From the IMG/VR virus record IMGVR_UViG_3300034198_030405: a DNA stretch of 64,000 bases. One strand, 5' to 3'. The position numbers were made by a program, and so were the translations under genes. Positions 49,666 through 59,896 of the stretch are shown here, one piece after another (positions within the stretch are counted from its first letter, which is position 1; the number at the start of each line of letters is the position of its first letter). The notes below the pieces were generated by a model. It searched no databases. It was not told where the DNA came from and was given only the letters and a program-made list of their open reading frames with translations. This stretch comes from an uncultured virus (IMG/VR IMGVR_UViG_3300034198_030405) (lineage: Duplodnaviria > Heunggongvirae > Uroviricota > Caudoviricetes).

Positions 49666-50553
49666 TTAGTACTTGGAAAGTTCTTGGAGATACGGGCTGC
49701 ATGTCTGTGATGTGAATTGTGAGGACTCCTCAACAATTCTACTGTCAGCAGGGGCATCATCTGTTGCGACGATGTCATGCATTGCCTGTTCTCTGAGAAA
49801 GTCAACTTGGTCACGCTCGGTCCTGTCAAACAGGCCGATGGTGTAATCGATGTTTTCTGCAATGAATGTTGCAGACTTGCCATCAAGAACACGCTTGACA
49901 TATTCACGCTTTTTAATTGGAAGAGTAGATGTCTTCTCCGTAAGGATCAGATCTGCTTGTGATTTAACAAGCTTTTCTTCCAACAACCGAGCGCGGCGTT
50001 GTACTTTCTCAAGCTCTGTATGAGCTTCATTAATTTGGTTTTTGCCATCAATCACTGCTGTTCTTATCGACTCACCCATGAGAGCGGAATCAATGGCAAG
50101 ATGTTGGCGAAGATTTTCTAAAACATGCTGAGCTTTACGCTCAATCACTGCTTTGTTTATGAATTCTTGTGGAATTGCTTGTTCCAAATATACTTCAAGA
50201 TATCTGCTCATTGATTTAACGAGGCTTTTCTTGAACTGTGCTGCTTCATTTGCAAGGGCTGTTTTGTACTTTTTAACAACTCTGTTGAGCTTAACAGCAT
50301 TATTTGTATCAATTGCTTCTGCAAGTTTAAGAAGCTTGCCAGTATGATTTCCATCAATTGTCTCAAGAAGCGATTGTAGCTTATCTGCATATTCTGCATC
50401 CTGACTCACAAGCGCTGCTTCAATATTAAGAGTAGACTTTTCGTCTACCGCTTTATCGAAAGCTTCTTGGACTGCTACTAAGGATTCCTCTGAAAGAATG
50501 CCTTCGGTGGCTTCTTTAATTATGTCTACGAAGTTGTTGTTGGTATTTCCCAT
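49666..50553 (-). CDS. Prohead core scaffold protein (gp22-like)
   Basis: Acidic coiled-coil protein immediately upstream of gp23. Confidence 0.8.
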   Translation of the reverse strand: MGNTNNNFVDIIKEATEGILSEESLVAVQEAFDKAVDEKSTLNIEAALVSQDAEYADKLQSLLETIDGNHTGKLLKLAEAIDTNNAVKLNRVVKKYKTALANEAAQFKKSLVKSMSRYLEVYLEQAIPQEFINKAVIERKAQHVLENLRQHLAIDSALMGESIRTAVIDGKNQINEAHTELEKVQRRARLLEEKLVKSQADLILTEKTSTLPIKKREYVKRVLDGKSATFIAENIDYTIGLFDRTERDQVDFLREQAMHDIVATDDAPADSRIVEESSQFTSQTCSPYLQELSKY

Positions 50554-50554
50554 A

Positions 50555-50701
50555 TCAGAAAAGCGTTGTGGTTTTTACGGCAGAGGCAATCTTATGCTTA
50601 ACATTGGCTTCGACGATTGCTTGTATATATTTAGTTGCGCTGTGGTAATTTTTATTATTTACCGCACTGATAAATTTAATTATTTGCTGTTTATTACGCA
50701 T
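50555..50701 (-). CDS. Small prohead-region protein (48 aa, below the cutoff)
   Basis: Hand translation MRNKQQIIKFISAVNNKNYHSATKYIQAIVE...; TAAATA upstream. Confidence 0.6.
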   Translation of the reverse strand: MRNKQQIIKFISAVNNKNYHSATKYIQAIVEANVKHKIASAVKTTTLF

Positions 50702-50711
50702 ACGAATGTAT

Positions 50712-51377
50712 TTATTTAATCAGGTTAATGAATTTAATGATGTGTTCACGCAAAAATACATCTAAATTTTTCTTCGGTAAACGTGAGATGTTTCGCTCAA
50801 AACTATCATAGGATTCTTGATACTTGCCATCAGTCGCAACTACCCACTGCTTGCTCTCAAGTATACCATTAACAAACGCTTTTGGATATGAAGGATCCGC
50901 AACGCAATCAATTGCCACCAATCGCATTTCTTTAACAACGGAGGTGCCATTGCTTTCAGAAACCAATTGACCAAGAGCTCTTGAGCTCATGCCAACTTTC
51001 ACACCATCATTGATGAGAGCTCTGACAATTAGACCGCATGGTGTTGAAAGAACTTTGCTCTTGCCATAAAATACATTGCCTTCCTGCCATAAATCAGTAA
51101 CAATGTGACATGCACGTTCCAAATCTACATCAGCGGTAGTTGGATGATTGAGCTCTCCCATTGCACGTCCCGTTTTAATCATTTCAGATGTATATCGTGT
51201 AACTTCACGAGTCATCTCCTCCAATGGGTATAGCCGCTTGTTTCTATTTACACCATTTGCCATCATATATGGACCTTTGATAAAAAGAGTTGCAGGTGCA
51301 TTACGATCCTTTTCTTCAAGAATGTATTCAAACTCTTCCTGTGGAGCTGGTTTTTCTACTAGCAATTTAAACGCCAT
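50712..51377 (-). CDS. Prohead protease (gp21)
   Basis: NRNKRLYP, GELNHP, STPCG, GMSSRALG, DCVADPS; TATAAATA at 51383-51390. Confidence 0.95.
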   Translation of the reverse strand: MAFKLLVEKPAPQEEFEYILEEKDRNAPATLFIKGPYMMANGVNRNKRLYPLEEMTREVTRYTSEMIKTGRAMGELNHPTTADVDLERACHIVTDLWQEGNVFYGKSKVLSTPCGLIVRALINDGVKVGMSSRALGQLVSESNGTSVVKEMRLVAIDCVADPSYPKAFVNGILESKQWVVATDGKYQESYDSFERNISRLPKKNLDVFLREHIIKFINLIK

Positions 51378-51463
51378 ATTCGTATTTATATTAGTAAGCA
51401 TAAATTATACGCTTTATATCATACATCATAGACTTTTTATGCTTGAAACATAACATACTAGCA

Positions 51464-52642
51464 CTATCCTACAAGAAACATTACAGGTTCTACTGCACCC
51501 ATGCCTGGAGCCGAGCCGCTAAACAGCTGTTCTTCGAGGCGTTTCTTTTCTTCAATGCCTTGTGTCATCATATCAGATGAAAAGACCTGGCCACCAAACA
51601 GCGGCAGCTGCCCATACTTACCTCTTACATATCCTACTGAAATTTTAGTAAGAGCAAGTGCGTATTCGTATACCCAAAACTCCTTGATTAAATCACGCAG
51701 CGGTCTTTCAACATATGCTGAAATTACACCATAGAATCTGCTATTTGCAGTCGGCTGAGGATACATTACCATGTACTGAGTGCGGTCATCAAATTTCATC
51801 TCACGCTTAGTTGCGAGCATTTTTTCTCTTACATCAAGCCAATTTTTCAGTGTGTACCAAGACACAAGATCAAAGCCATAATTACCCATGGCATATGAAA
51901 AGTAGGTTTGTTGAGCAAGAGTTTGCTCAATGGTAAATAAAGTATTAATGCCTGTGGTACTACCTTCCTCAAAATCTGTAACAGACATTACTTTGCGGTA
52001 ATCCATAACATCATAATCAAACATGTTATTATATTGCTCTACTGCTGTAGTGGTACACTCACCTTGTATAGTAAGCTTATTATTGGTGCGCTGTGTTTGC
52101 TTAAAAGCACCTGTGAGAGAGATGTTGAGAGTTGCTTTAAATGATGTTAAGATATTTGTACGGGTAAGCTCATCAAGTAATTGAAACTCAAAGAGACCAG
52201 ATTCAGTAAAGTGTGCAGATAGATTTGGAATTTGAGCAAAATAAGATACCGGTACTGCGCTTATACAAACATATTCTGCTGGAGGGGGCTCTATATATGG
52301 TGATGTTGATCTTGAAGTGGTCTGTGCTTCAAGTTTACGATCGATTGTTAAATTAGAATTTGATAAGGTGTAAAGTAAATCTAATCTTATGCCTTTATTC
52401 TTTTCATATAAATTTGAATCAAAGATCAAATACTCTTGCGTATATCCTGCATATCTTGTAAAAAGTTCACATGCAATGCTTATGTTTTCAAAAATTTGAT
52501 CTTGATGTACTTCAATAGTAATTAATGGTGCACCCAATGCACGCACAATTCTGTCTGAGAGTCTACAAAATGAATCAATCCGACTATTGAGGTTGGTAGA
52601 CTGGAACGCAGAAATTGGTGTAATTGTGCAAGTATTAGCCAT
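51464..52642 (-). CDS. Neck protein (gp13-like)
   Basis: RALGAPLITIEV..Q, WVYEYALALTK...RGKY...GG, C-terminal PVMFLVG. Confidence 0.85.
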   Translation of the reverse strand: MANTCTITPISAFQSTNLNSRIDSFCRLSDRIVRALGAPLITIEVHQDQIFENISIACELFTRYAGYTQEYLIFDSNLYEKNKGIRLDLLYTLSNSNLTIDRKLEAQTTSRSTSPYIEPPPAEYVCISAVPVSYFAQIPNLSAHFTESGLFEFQLLDELTRTNILTSFKATLNISLTGAFKQTQRTNNKLTIQGECTTTAVEQYNNMFDYDVMDYRKVMSVTDFEEGSTTGINTLFTIEQTLAQQTYFSYAMGNYGFDLVSWYTLKNWLDVREKMLATKREMKFDDRTQYMVMYPQPTANSRFYGVISAYVERPLRDLIKEFWVYEYALALTKISVGYVRGKYGQLPLFGGQVFSSDMMTQGIEEKKRLEEQLFSGSAPGMGAVEPVMFLVG

Positions 52643-52764
52643 AGATATGTACATGAAAAAACATGTCACACATATTTAGGCTCTGATAAGTATCGGAAGC
52701 ATCATATTCACAAACATGAGAAAAATATTAATACTCAAATTTTGTGCCCCTGCAGAACTATAGG

Positions 52765-54552
52765 CTATTCACCTGCTTCAGGTGGTGCTGCTGCTGCTGC
52801 TTCTGGTGGCGCTTCAACTTCTGGCGGTGCCTCTACAGCTGCAGGCCCGCCTGCAAATTCAGGTGGAATACCTGCTGGGCCTGCACCACCGGCAGGGGGA
52901 GCACCCCCAGTCTCGCCACCTGCACCACCACCACCACCACCTGCACCACCACCCATCATAAGTTTCCAATATGGACCAGAGTTAGTGATCTGATTAAGCT
53001 CCCATTCCAATTCTTTATCTGCGCGTAGATACTCTCTATTAGCTTTGATATCAATGTCACTCCAGCTGAGTAATTTTTTCTGCAAATATGTTTGAGAAAT
53101 TGTTGCATTTGAAGCAAGGTTATTAAAGTTGCTCACTTTAATTTCCAATCTCTGACTCTGGCGTAGCTCATAATAATTAGTAGGCGGATTAAATTCTACA
53201 TCCAAATAATAATCTTTGAGATTCCATTTATCCCACAGCCCCTTGAGGTGTAGATGAGTAAAGAAACCTCTTTTGAGGCCCGTAGCAAACAACTGCTGCA
53301 TTCTAATGACAAATCTTGCGAATTTTAATTCTTCACGCAAAATTGAACTGTCGGCAGAAATTTGTGATTGTGGATCAAGTCTATTGACTGGTACTTTGAG
53401 TGCTTCGTATAGTTTTTTGACAAAATACATTAAGTCTGTCAATTCACCAAGATTCTGACCGCCAGGCAATTGTGTTACATTTGTACCTTCAGATCCAGCT
53501 CTCTTGGCAAACCAAAAACTATCCAGCATGCTCTGTGGGTTAAATTTTCTAACCACATCGTTCTGATCAACATCAAAAGTCTTGCTGCTCCAATATTGCT
53601 GAATAAGCTTGCGTAGATAAGCTTCTGCCTTGGGTGGTGCCATGTTGCCTACATCAACATTAAAAATAAGACGCTCTGGCGCACGCACCAAACGATAAAT
53701 TACAATGGCATCTTCAATGAGAGACAATTGACGATATGCACGGCGGGCGTTTTCAATGAAAGGCAGGCGCACTGTTTTATTTTGATTCCAAATGCCGCTG
53801 TTAATGTATACAACCTGATTCTCCTGCATAGGAATCATCTTCTCTTCAATTTTTTTCTTAGGATTAGTTGCATCAAAAATTGGCTTTCTATATAGAAAGC
53901 CTTTAACAATCATGTTTTGAATATTGTTGTAAACTGGATCTACTAATTCCGTAGGCATTCTAATTGTGCCTAATACACCCTGCTCGGGATATTTTTTGTG
54001 AATGATGTGTTCAAAAAATAACTCCCCTTCAATTAAAAGTTCTCGAAAATATGCCCAGCCTTTATTTTCGAGATCATAGAACTGAATGTATTTCTGAAAT
54101 TCTAGCTGCAGCTGTTCATGATCAACTGCGTCCATTGTGAAGTTTCTAAGCCTTATATTGACAATGTTGTTTTGTGAATCGCGATTAATCATTTCATCAC
54201 AAACTTCATCCAATGCATTGGATACTTCTGCAAATGCCGCCATTACTCTGTAATCCTGCATGCGTGAACCTTTATCTTGTTGCACATTTGCATACATGAG
54301 ATCCCCAAAGTTCACATCTTTGAATTCACCATATCCTGCAGAGAACAGGTTAGATTGTGATACAGAATTTCTGGCAAGTGCTTCGTTTCTGCGAATACCG
54401 GTTTCTTCAAATGTTTTGAATTTAGGATTTTCTTTTTCTGTAAAATCCAGAACATTAAAACCAGAATATGGCAGCTTAGAAGAAATGTAGGTCATTAACT
54501 GCCTACCAAATGTTTGCTGCACATTGGATTGATTACTATAAGAAGAGTCCAT
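52765..54552 (-). CDS. Portal protein (gp20)
   Basis: LIEDAIVIYRLVRAPERLIFNVDVGNM, TQLPGGQNLGE, REELKF; long Gly/Pro/Ala C-terminal tail. Confidence 0.97.
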   Translation of the reverse strand: MDSSYSNQSNVQQTFGRQLMTYISSKLPYSGFNVLDFTEKENPKFKTFEETGIRRNEALARNSVSQSNLFSAGYGEFKDVNFGDLMYANVQQDKGSRMQDYRVMAAFAEVSNALDEVCDEMINRDSQNNIVNIRLRNFTMDAVDHEQLQLEFQKYIQFYDLENKGWAYFRELLIEGELFFEHIIHKKYPEQGVLGTIRMPTELVDPVYNNIQNMIVKGFLYRKPIFDATNPKKKIEEKMIPMQENQVVYINSGIWNQNKTVRLPFIENARRAYRQLSLIEDAIVIYRLVRAPERLIFNVDVGNMAPPKAEAYLRKLIQQYWSSKTFDVDQNDVVRKFNPQSMLDSFWFAKRAGSEGTNVTQLPGGQNLGELTDLMYFVKKLYEALKVPVNRLDPQSQISADSSILREELKFARFVIRMQQLFATGLKRGFFTHLHLKGLWDKWNLKDYYLDVEFNPPTNYYELRQSQRLEIKVSNFNNLASNATISQTYLQKKLLSWSDIDIKANREYLRADKELEWELNQITNSGPYWKLMMGGGAGGGGGGAGGETGGAPPAGGAGPAGIPPEFAGGPAAVEAPPEVEAPPEAAAAAPPEAGE

Positions 54553-54583
54553 TCTAGTTATTTAGTTGCTTAACAGCGAACAG

Positions 54584-55735
54584 CTACACAACATTAATAA
54601 AAACACTTTGATTGGCGCTATAAGATGTGTCATATCCTGCCTCATTGATGACTGCAACGGTAAATTTACCTGCTGCAGAAAGTGTAGGCAGTGTAACTGT
54701 CATTACATTATCGTTAATAATGCTATAACTGTTAATTAAAAAACACGAAATAGGCGGGTAATATGCAAAGTTGAGTGCAGTCAATGACTTGTAAAATAAT
54801 GCATTGCTGCTGCTAAGTGCTACAGCAGATGTATTAGTGAATCTCTTGCCTAATAAAGTAATGGCTCCACCTGATACAAATGAATTAATGGTATAATTTG
54901 ATGTAATGTTTTCACCGATGCCCGTTCTTGTTGCATAATATATATTGGTAATAGTTGGAGCAGCAGATATACTCACTGTTTCCACAAAACCTCCTATATT
55001 TGATGCGCTCAATGTTGCATACTCATCCAGCGTTGAGTATATGAAATTATATGGATTACCAGATAGTTGTCTGGTAGCATAAAAATTAGCATCAATGAAG
55101 AATATATTTTTTACTTTATTTGTTGGTGCTTCTGGGAATAACCAGCCTTTAATTGTAAAGCTTGTATCTGCAGTTACTCTATAAACATCTGTTGGTGTTT
55201 GGTCACCTGGATAAGCTAAACTAATGGACCCACTCCAATCAACTTCTGTTCGTATTTCGTAAGTTTTGCTCAAATTATAAGATGCAGGAATTTTCCAGCT
55301 TATGATGAGATATGGATTTACATATGATGCAAAGTTGGAAATAATTTGTTCTAAATCTGTTTGATACTTAGCAATGATGCTCATGTTTACTGATACATTC
55401 ACCGGTACAGGTGAAAATACCTGATTAGAAAACGCAGCATACTCATTATTTGTGTCTGAAGCAGGGTAGTAGAATCCATCAAGCTTGTTAAAAACACGAG
55501 ATGGATCTCTTGCAATTTGTGTAATATGCAGAGATACAGCAGGCAATGTAATATTTTTGCCCTTGTTTATAATATCATACAGCACCCGCTGCTTGGGTGC
55601 ATATATATACCGCACATTGATTTGATCTTTTGTTCCACGCGAGCCTGTGAATCTCTTAATCACACAATCATCAAATGCAGCAATGAATTGTGTGATTAGA
55701 TCTTCAATCTCAAAATGAAATGCCTGGTTTTCCAT
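54584..55735 (-). CDS. Tail terminator/sheath stabiliser (gp15-like) with a C-terminal Ig-like extension
   Basis: FHFEI..F..FDD, YIYAPKQR, TLPAVS, EQIISNF, FTIKGWLF. Confidence 0.85.
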   Translation of the reverse strand: MENQAFHFEIEDLITQFIAAFDDCVIKRFTGSRGTKDQINVRYIYAPKQRVLYDIINKGKNITLPAVSLHITQIARDPSRVFNKLDGFYYPASDTNNEYAAFSNQVFSPVPVNVSVNMSIIAKYQTDLEQIISNFASYVNPYLIISWKIPASYNLSKTYEIRTEVDWSGSISLAYPGDQTPTDVYRVTADTSFTIKGWLFPEAPTNKVKNIFFIDANFYATRQLSGNPYNFIYSTLDEYATLSASNIGGFVETVSISAAPTITNIYYATRTGIGENITSNYTINSFVSGGAITLLGKRFTNTSAVALSSSNALFYKSLTALNFAYYPPISCFLINSYSIINDNVMTVTLPTLSAAGKFTVAVINEAGYDTSYSANQSVFINVV

Positions 55736-55750
55736 GCAGTTATTTATGCA

Positions 55751-56986
55751 TCATGCAAGCAATGCCGATACAGGTACACCCTTATCAGCAAGTTTGAATG
55801 GTCTACCTTCAGGCGATAATAGTACATGATTGATAGGCAGACCTGCAGCTGCAGCAATGGTAGCATTAAAATCAGCTGGTGATATAATGTTTTCTACTGC
55901 TTTCATTCCCTTGTCATCAGACTTACCGTAAACTTGCCCACCTTTGATGCCTGCACCAATGAGTACACCACAAAATGCACCGGGGTGATGGTCGCGTCCA
56001 TCATTAATGTTGATTATAGGTGTGCGTCCAAAGTCAGTAGCAATGACAATGAGTGTCTTGTTAAGTAGTCCACTTGACTGCAAATCATTAATGAGCGCAT
56101 TTAGCGCTTGATCTAAAATGGCTAATTTTGTTTCTAAAGAATCAAAATTATCAACATGTGTATCCCACCCGCCATCAGAGACTTCAATGAATTTGCATCC
56201 ACCTTTTTCAATGAGACGTTTTGCTAAGCAGCAGCCTTGACCAAAGCGATTGTTGCCATATCTTTCTCTAGCCATTGCATCTTCCTTGGATAAATCAAAC
56301 ACATCAATTTCAGTACTGTTGAGCAGGCGAATAGTTTGGTCATAAAATTCTGCATAACTTTTTTGTAATGGGTTCACAACCTTATTTGAGTCCCTTTCAA
56401 GTTGTTGCAAAATATATACTCGCTTGGAAAATTCTGATGCATCTTTAATTTTTGTGTTATCTAAACCTCTTACTGGATCAGCAATGGGAATGGGTGAATA
56501 TTTTTTAGGCATCCAACCTGCACCAGGATGATCAGCAGTACCTGAGATAAGTACATTCTCGGGAATGATTTTTTTCTCATGTGTATCTGTAAGATTGCAC
56601 ATCCATGCACCCAAATTTGGATGCACTATGGTACCAATTTTCTTAAATGAAGTTCTTTGAATGTATTGTGCACCAGCATGGTCTCCTGTTGTGACCATCA
56701 TGCTACGAACAATGGACATTTTATCACCATGCTTAGCAAGCTTAGACAAATGTTCAGAAATTTGATGACCGGCATTAGTAGTGATGGCATTAAATTTCCC
56801 CTTGACATCGGCATTAATTTTTGGGTCAAATGTATCCAAATGACTCATGCCTCCATTCATAAAAAGATAAATGATATGCTCTGCTTTACTGGCTGCGGGT
56901 GAAGCAGCAATGTTAGGAAGAACTGTTACGCCCAAGCCTGCTGAAGCAAGATTGAGTACAAAGTTGCGACGTGTTAATGTTTCCAT
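55751..56986 (-). CDS. DUF1501 protein with Tat signal
   Basis: TRRNF twin-arginine; LFMNGGMSHLDTFDPK, YG.NRFGQGC.LA.RL, GWDTH, DFGRTP..N..GRDHHP. Confidence 0.9.
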   Translation of the reverse strand: METLTRRNFVLNLASAGLGVTVLPNIAASPAASKAEHIIYLFMNGGMSHLDTFDPKINADVKGKFNAITTNAGHQISEHLSKLAKHGDKMSIVRSMMVTTGDHAGAQYIQRTSFKKIGTIVHPNLGAWMCNLTDTHEKKIIPENVLISGTADHPGAGWMPKKYSPIPIADPVRGLDNTKIKDASEFSKRVYILQQLERDSNKVVNPLQKSYAEFYDQTIRLLNSTEIDVFDLSKEDAMARERYGNNRFGQGCCLAKRLIEKGGCKFIEVSDGGWDTHVDNFDSLETKLAILDQALNALINDLQSSGLLNKTLIVIATDFGRTPIININDGRDHHPGAFCGVLIGAGIKGGQVYGKSDDKGMKAVENIISPADFNATIAAAAGLPINHVLLSPEGRPFKLADKGVPVSALLA

Positions 56987-56990
56987 AATG

Positions 56991-58769
56991 TTATTTATTA
57001 AATTTAAATTCAGAACTGTTAATTAGGGCCCAAATAATATCATCATTTTGACACCCTGCAAAGTTTGCCTTTTCAGCTATACTAGGCCTTCTTGATAGAA
57101 TGGATTTAAAAATAATGTCAATGGTCTCTGCAGGTGATTTGCCAGAAACATTCTTTGCAAGTTGTGTGTTTGCATTAGCTGCAATGTCAATAAGCTGCCC
57201 ATTCATAAAAGATATAACCTGTGTGACACTACCCTCTTTGCTGCTGGAATCGATAAGCTCTCGATCTCCTCTGCCCAACTGCTCTAAAATAGTATTAACA
57301 TTACTGGTGTCGTTGACTTCGGATGCACGCATTAAATTATAGTTTTTATACTTTGACACACCATCATATTTTCCACCAATTGCTTTTTGATAATCTGCAT
57401 ATTTGGTGCGAATATATTCTAGAGTCACATCATTTGACTGCATGAGCATAATTTTAGCATATGCATCATGAAAGGTTAATTTGAAGTTTTCCGGCGATTC
57501 AATGGCAATTGCAACAACTGAATCCCAAAGTTGCTCTGCACTTAATCTATATTTTACTGGGCCAATGAATATAAACTTAGTAGAGTTCATATTAGCACCA
57601 TCATACAACTCTCGTTGAAATAATTTGGTATTATACAATACATATAGAAATTGTCTGCTATCATAATTTAATTTGATCATGATATCAGCTAAAACATTCA
57701 TTAAATCACTTTGCAGCAAATCACTATCATGAATATTGTCATACTGCCCAATGATGTACTTTCCAAATACCCATTTCCAATATCTATTGACAATGTTTTT
57801 AGTAAAGGTGGGATGATTGGCATTCACCATCCATTCAACTGCATCTTTGCGCATATCATCCTTATTTTTGATGGTTGTCTTTCCGCTCAGTACCACTGGC
57901 TCAACAACATCAAATGGCTTACCATCTGTATACTGATAGTCATGCGGCAATTTGAGCTGCTTATTAGCTTCAATTGTCAAGTCAGAACGCATGGCTCTAA
58001 TAAAATTATTAATCTGATTGTTGAGACCTCTATTTTTTATTGGATCAGCTTTGATGAGTTCATCCATTTGTAGTCTTAATACTTTTATTTTTTCGTTAAA
58101 TTCTTTACTATCTTTGCTGCGCAATTCTACTTGATTGAATAGCGCTGCCATTCCATAAAATTGTTTTTGTGTAAAATCCTGGAATGGATCATCATGGCAC
58201 TGTGCGCAACTAATGTTGATGCCTAAAAATACTTTGCTAGTGGCAATGAGGTTATCCATGGGCATACCCAAGTCTCTGTAATAATATCCTACCGCAGGTG
58301 AGGTAAAATAATTACCACTTGAAAGAAGTAAATCAGATACAAATTGATTGTACGGCTTGTTTGATGCTAGCTGGTCTTTGATATAGTCAATGTATACAGC
58401 ACCATGAAAGTTATTGACATTGTTGAGTCTATCACGCAATCTTAATGATTCTGCCCAAAAATTAAACATGTGCGAAACATGCCCGGGATGTCTGATGAGA
58501 TATTGAATCAAACCACTGCGTTTATTTGCATCATTAACATTGCTAAACATTTGATATTCCTCAAATGTAGGATTGCGTCCTATGATGGCGAGATATGCTC
58601 GACGTACAAAAGCATCATCATTAATGAATTGCAGAGGTGTAATTTTTGATACAACATACTGCTTATCTAGGACAGCGTCAATTTTTTTGCTATAACTGCT
58701 GAGCTGTTCAACAGTTGCACCAAATGTCAACGTGCACATTCCTACTAAAACCGCAATTAATTTTTTCAT
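56991..58769 (-). CDS. DUF1549/DUF1553 (PSCyt2/PSD1) exported protein with a heme-c motif
   Basis: Signal peptide MKKLIAVLVGMCTLTFG; DDAFVRRAYL.IIGR.PT, NKPYNQFV, FLGINISCAQCHDDPF, VNRYW, RLSAEQLWDS, WALINSSEF. Confidence 0.9.
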   Translation of the reverse strand: MKKLIAVLVGMCTLTFGATVEQLSSYSKKIDAVLDKQYVVSKITPLQFINDDAFVRRAYLAIIGRNPTFEEYQMFSNVNDANKRSGLIQYLIRHPGHVSHMFNFWAESLRLRDRLNNVNNFHGAVYIDYIKDQLASNKPYNQFVSDLLLSSGNYFTSPAVGYYYRDLGMPMDNLIATSKVFLGINISCAQCHDDPFQDFTQKQFYGMAALFNQVELRSKDSKEFNEKIKVLRLQMDELIKADPIKNRGLNNQINNFIRAMRSDLTIEANKQLKLPHDYQYTDGKPFDVVEPVVLSGKTTIKNKDDMRKDAVEWMVNANHPTFTKNIVNRYWKWVFGKYIIGQYDNIHDSDLLQSDLMNVLADIMIKLNYDSRQFLYVLYNTKLFQRELYDGANMNSTKFIFIGPVKYRLSAEQLWDSVVAIAIESPENFKLTFHDAYAKIMLMQSNDVTLEYIRTKYADYQKAIGGKYDGVSKYKNYNLMRASEVNDTSNVNTILEQLGRGDRELIDSSSKEGSVTQVISFMNGQLIDIAANANTQLAKNVSGKSPAETIDIIFKSILSRRPSIAEKANFAGCQNDDIIWALINSSEFKFNK

Positions 58770-58774
58770 AATTA

Positions 58775-59542
58775 TTATTTATTCTTTTTATGCAATCTAA
58801 AATCAAAGTCATCTTGAAACTGAGATGTTGCTGCTTTATATGATTGTTTAGTTTCATCACTAGCATCATCTGTAAACTGCCAATACAATGACATAGGCAC
58901 TGGCGACTTGAACCCAAACATCTCAAAAACTTGGCGCTGCGTTTGCATAACTTGTTTATCTTTCCAGTTGTGGCCTATTACTATGATGCCTGCTTCTTTA
59001 TTTTCGAGTAAGTTGCTCTCACCCAAACAGCTCCATCTATTTTCTAACCATGTGAGTCGTTCTATGAGTTTTTGGTATATTGAATTAGTCTGTCCCCACC
59101 TCACACTTGTAAAAAATACAACTGCATTTGCTTCAAATATCTTGTTAGCAATTTTATAAATTTCATCATCTCTATGTTTAGCTTCCCAACATCTTATTAA
59201 CCCAGTTGGATTTTTTGATGAACTTTTTAATAGAGCATCTTTTGCACCGCAAATATTCCCAGACGCTAAACTAACATTACCGGAACAGCACCTAATATTG
59301 AGCTTATCTGCTTCAATGATGTTAATAGTTTGATCTGGAAGCATGTCTTTTATATGATATGCAAGTTGTGTAGATTTTGCTTTTTGTTCGGAACCAGACC
59401 ATCTGTTGCTAGTTGTTACGAACAAAACATTATTTTTTGATCTTAAAGAGTCAGCAAACTCATTCATCTCATTTTGCATTTGCGAAGTAGTGTGCAATTT
59501 TTTTTCCGAAATAATAGAATTAAAAGTATTGTTGAAGCTCAT
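58775..59542 (-). CDS. Flavodoxin-fold protein (NADPH-dependent FMN reductase / iron-sulfur flavoprotein-like)
   Basis: TTSNRW, KST.LA, CCSGNVS..C..CW, FFTSVRWG, QKLIERL. Confidence 0.7.
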   Translation of the reverse strand: MSFNNTFNSIISEKKLHTTSQMQNEMNEFADSLRSKNNVLFVTTSNRWSGSEQKAKSTQLAYHIKDMLPDQTINIIEADKLNIRCCSGNVSLASGNICGAKDALLKSSSKNPTGLIRCWEAKHRDDEIYKIANKIFEANAVVFFTSVRWGQTNSIYQKLIERLTWLENRWSCLGESNLLENKEAGIIVIGHNWKDKQVMQTQRQVFEMFGFKSPVPMSLYWQFTDDASDETKQSYKAATSQFQDDFDFRLHKKNK

Positions 59543-59569
59543 ATTTGTATTTAGAGAATAAATAGATAC

Positions 59570-59896
59570 ATGCCAGTACCTACAACAAACAATGGAGTTA
59601 CATATTACAACCTCAATACATGTAAGTCTTTCAGCGTTGCATTAGACACCAATTTAAAAGCTCTTCCCTTTCAGGTGTGTTCAGAAGTCATTATAAAAAA
59701 TACAACTGGGCAAGGCATTGCTGTATACGATCAAAACAATTTTGCTGTGTCAAATGCATTTCGCTTGTCAGCAGATCAAGAATTTACATTTAGAGGTCTT
59801 ACCAACAGCTCACAAGTAAGCGCACAAACAACCGCAGGTGCTGGTCAGCTGTCCATAAGAACACAGTTCTTTTCATTCTCTAATCAAGGCGTTTAA
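59570..59896 (+). CDS. Hypothetical protein
   Basis: TAAATA 5 nt upstream; FTFRGLTNSSQVSA. Confidence 0.65.
   Translation: MPVPTTNNGVTYYNLNTCKSFSVALDTNLKALPFQVCSEVIIKNTTGQGIAVYDQNNFAVSNAFRLSADQEFTFRGLTNSSQVSAQTTAGAGQLSIRTQFFSFSNQGV

Noticed and set aside
52742..53028. Plus-strand Pro/Gly- and Cys/Thr-rich ORFs
   Set aside because: Antisense shadows of the low-complexity portal tail.
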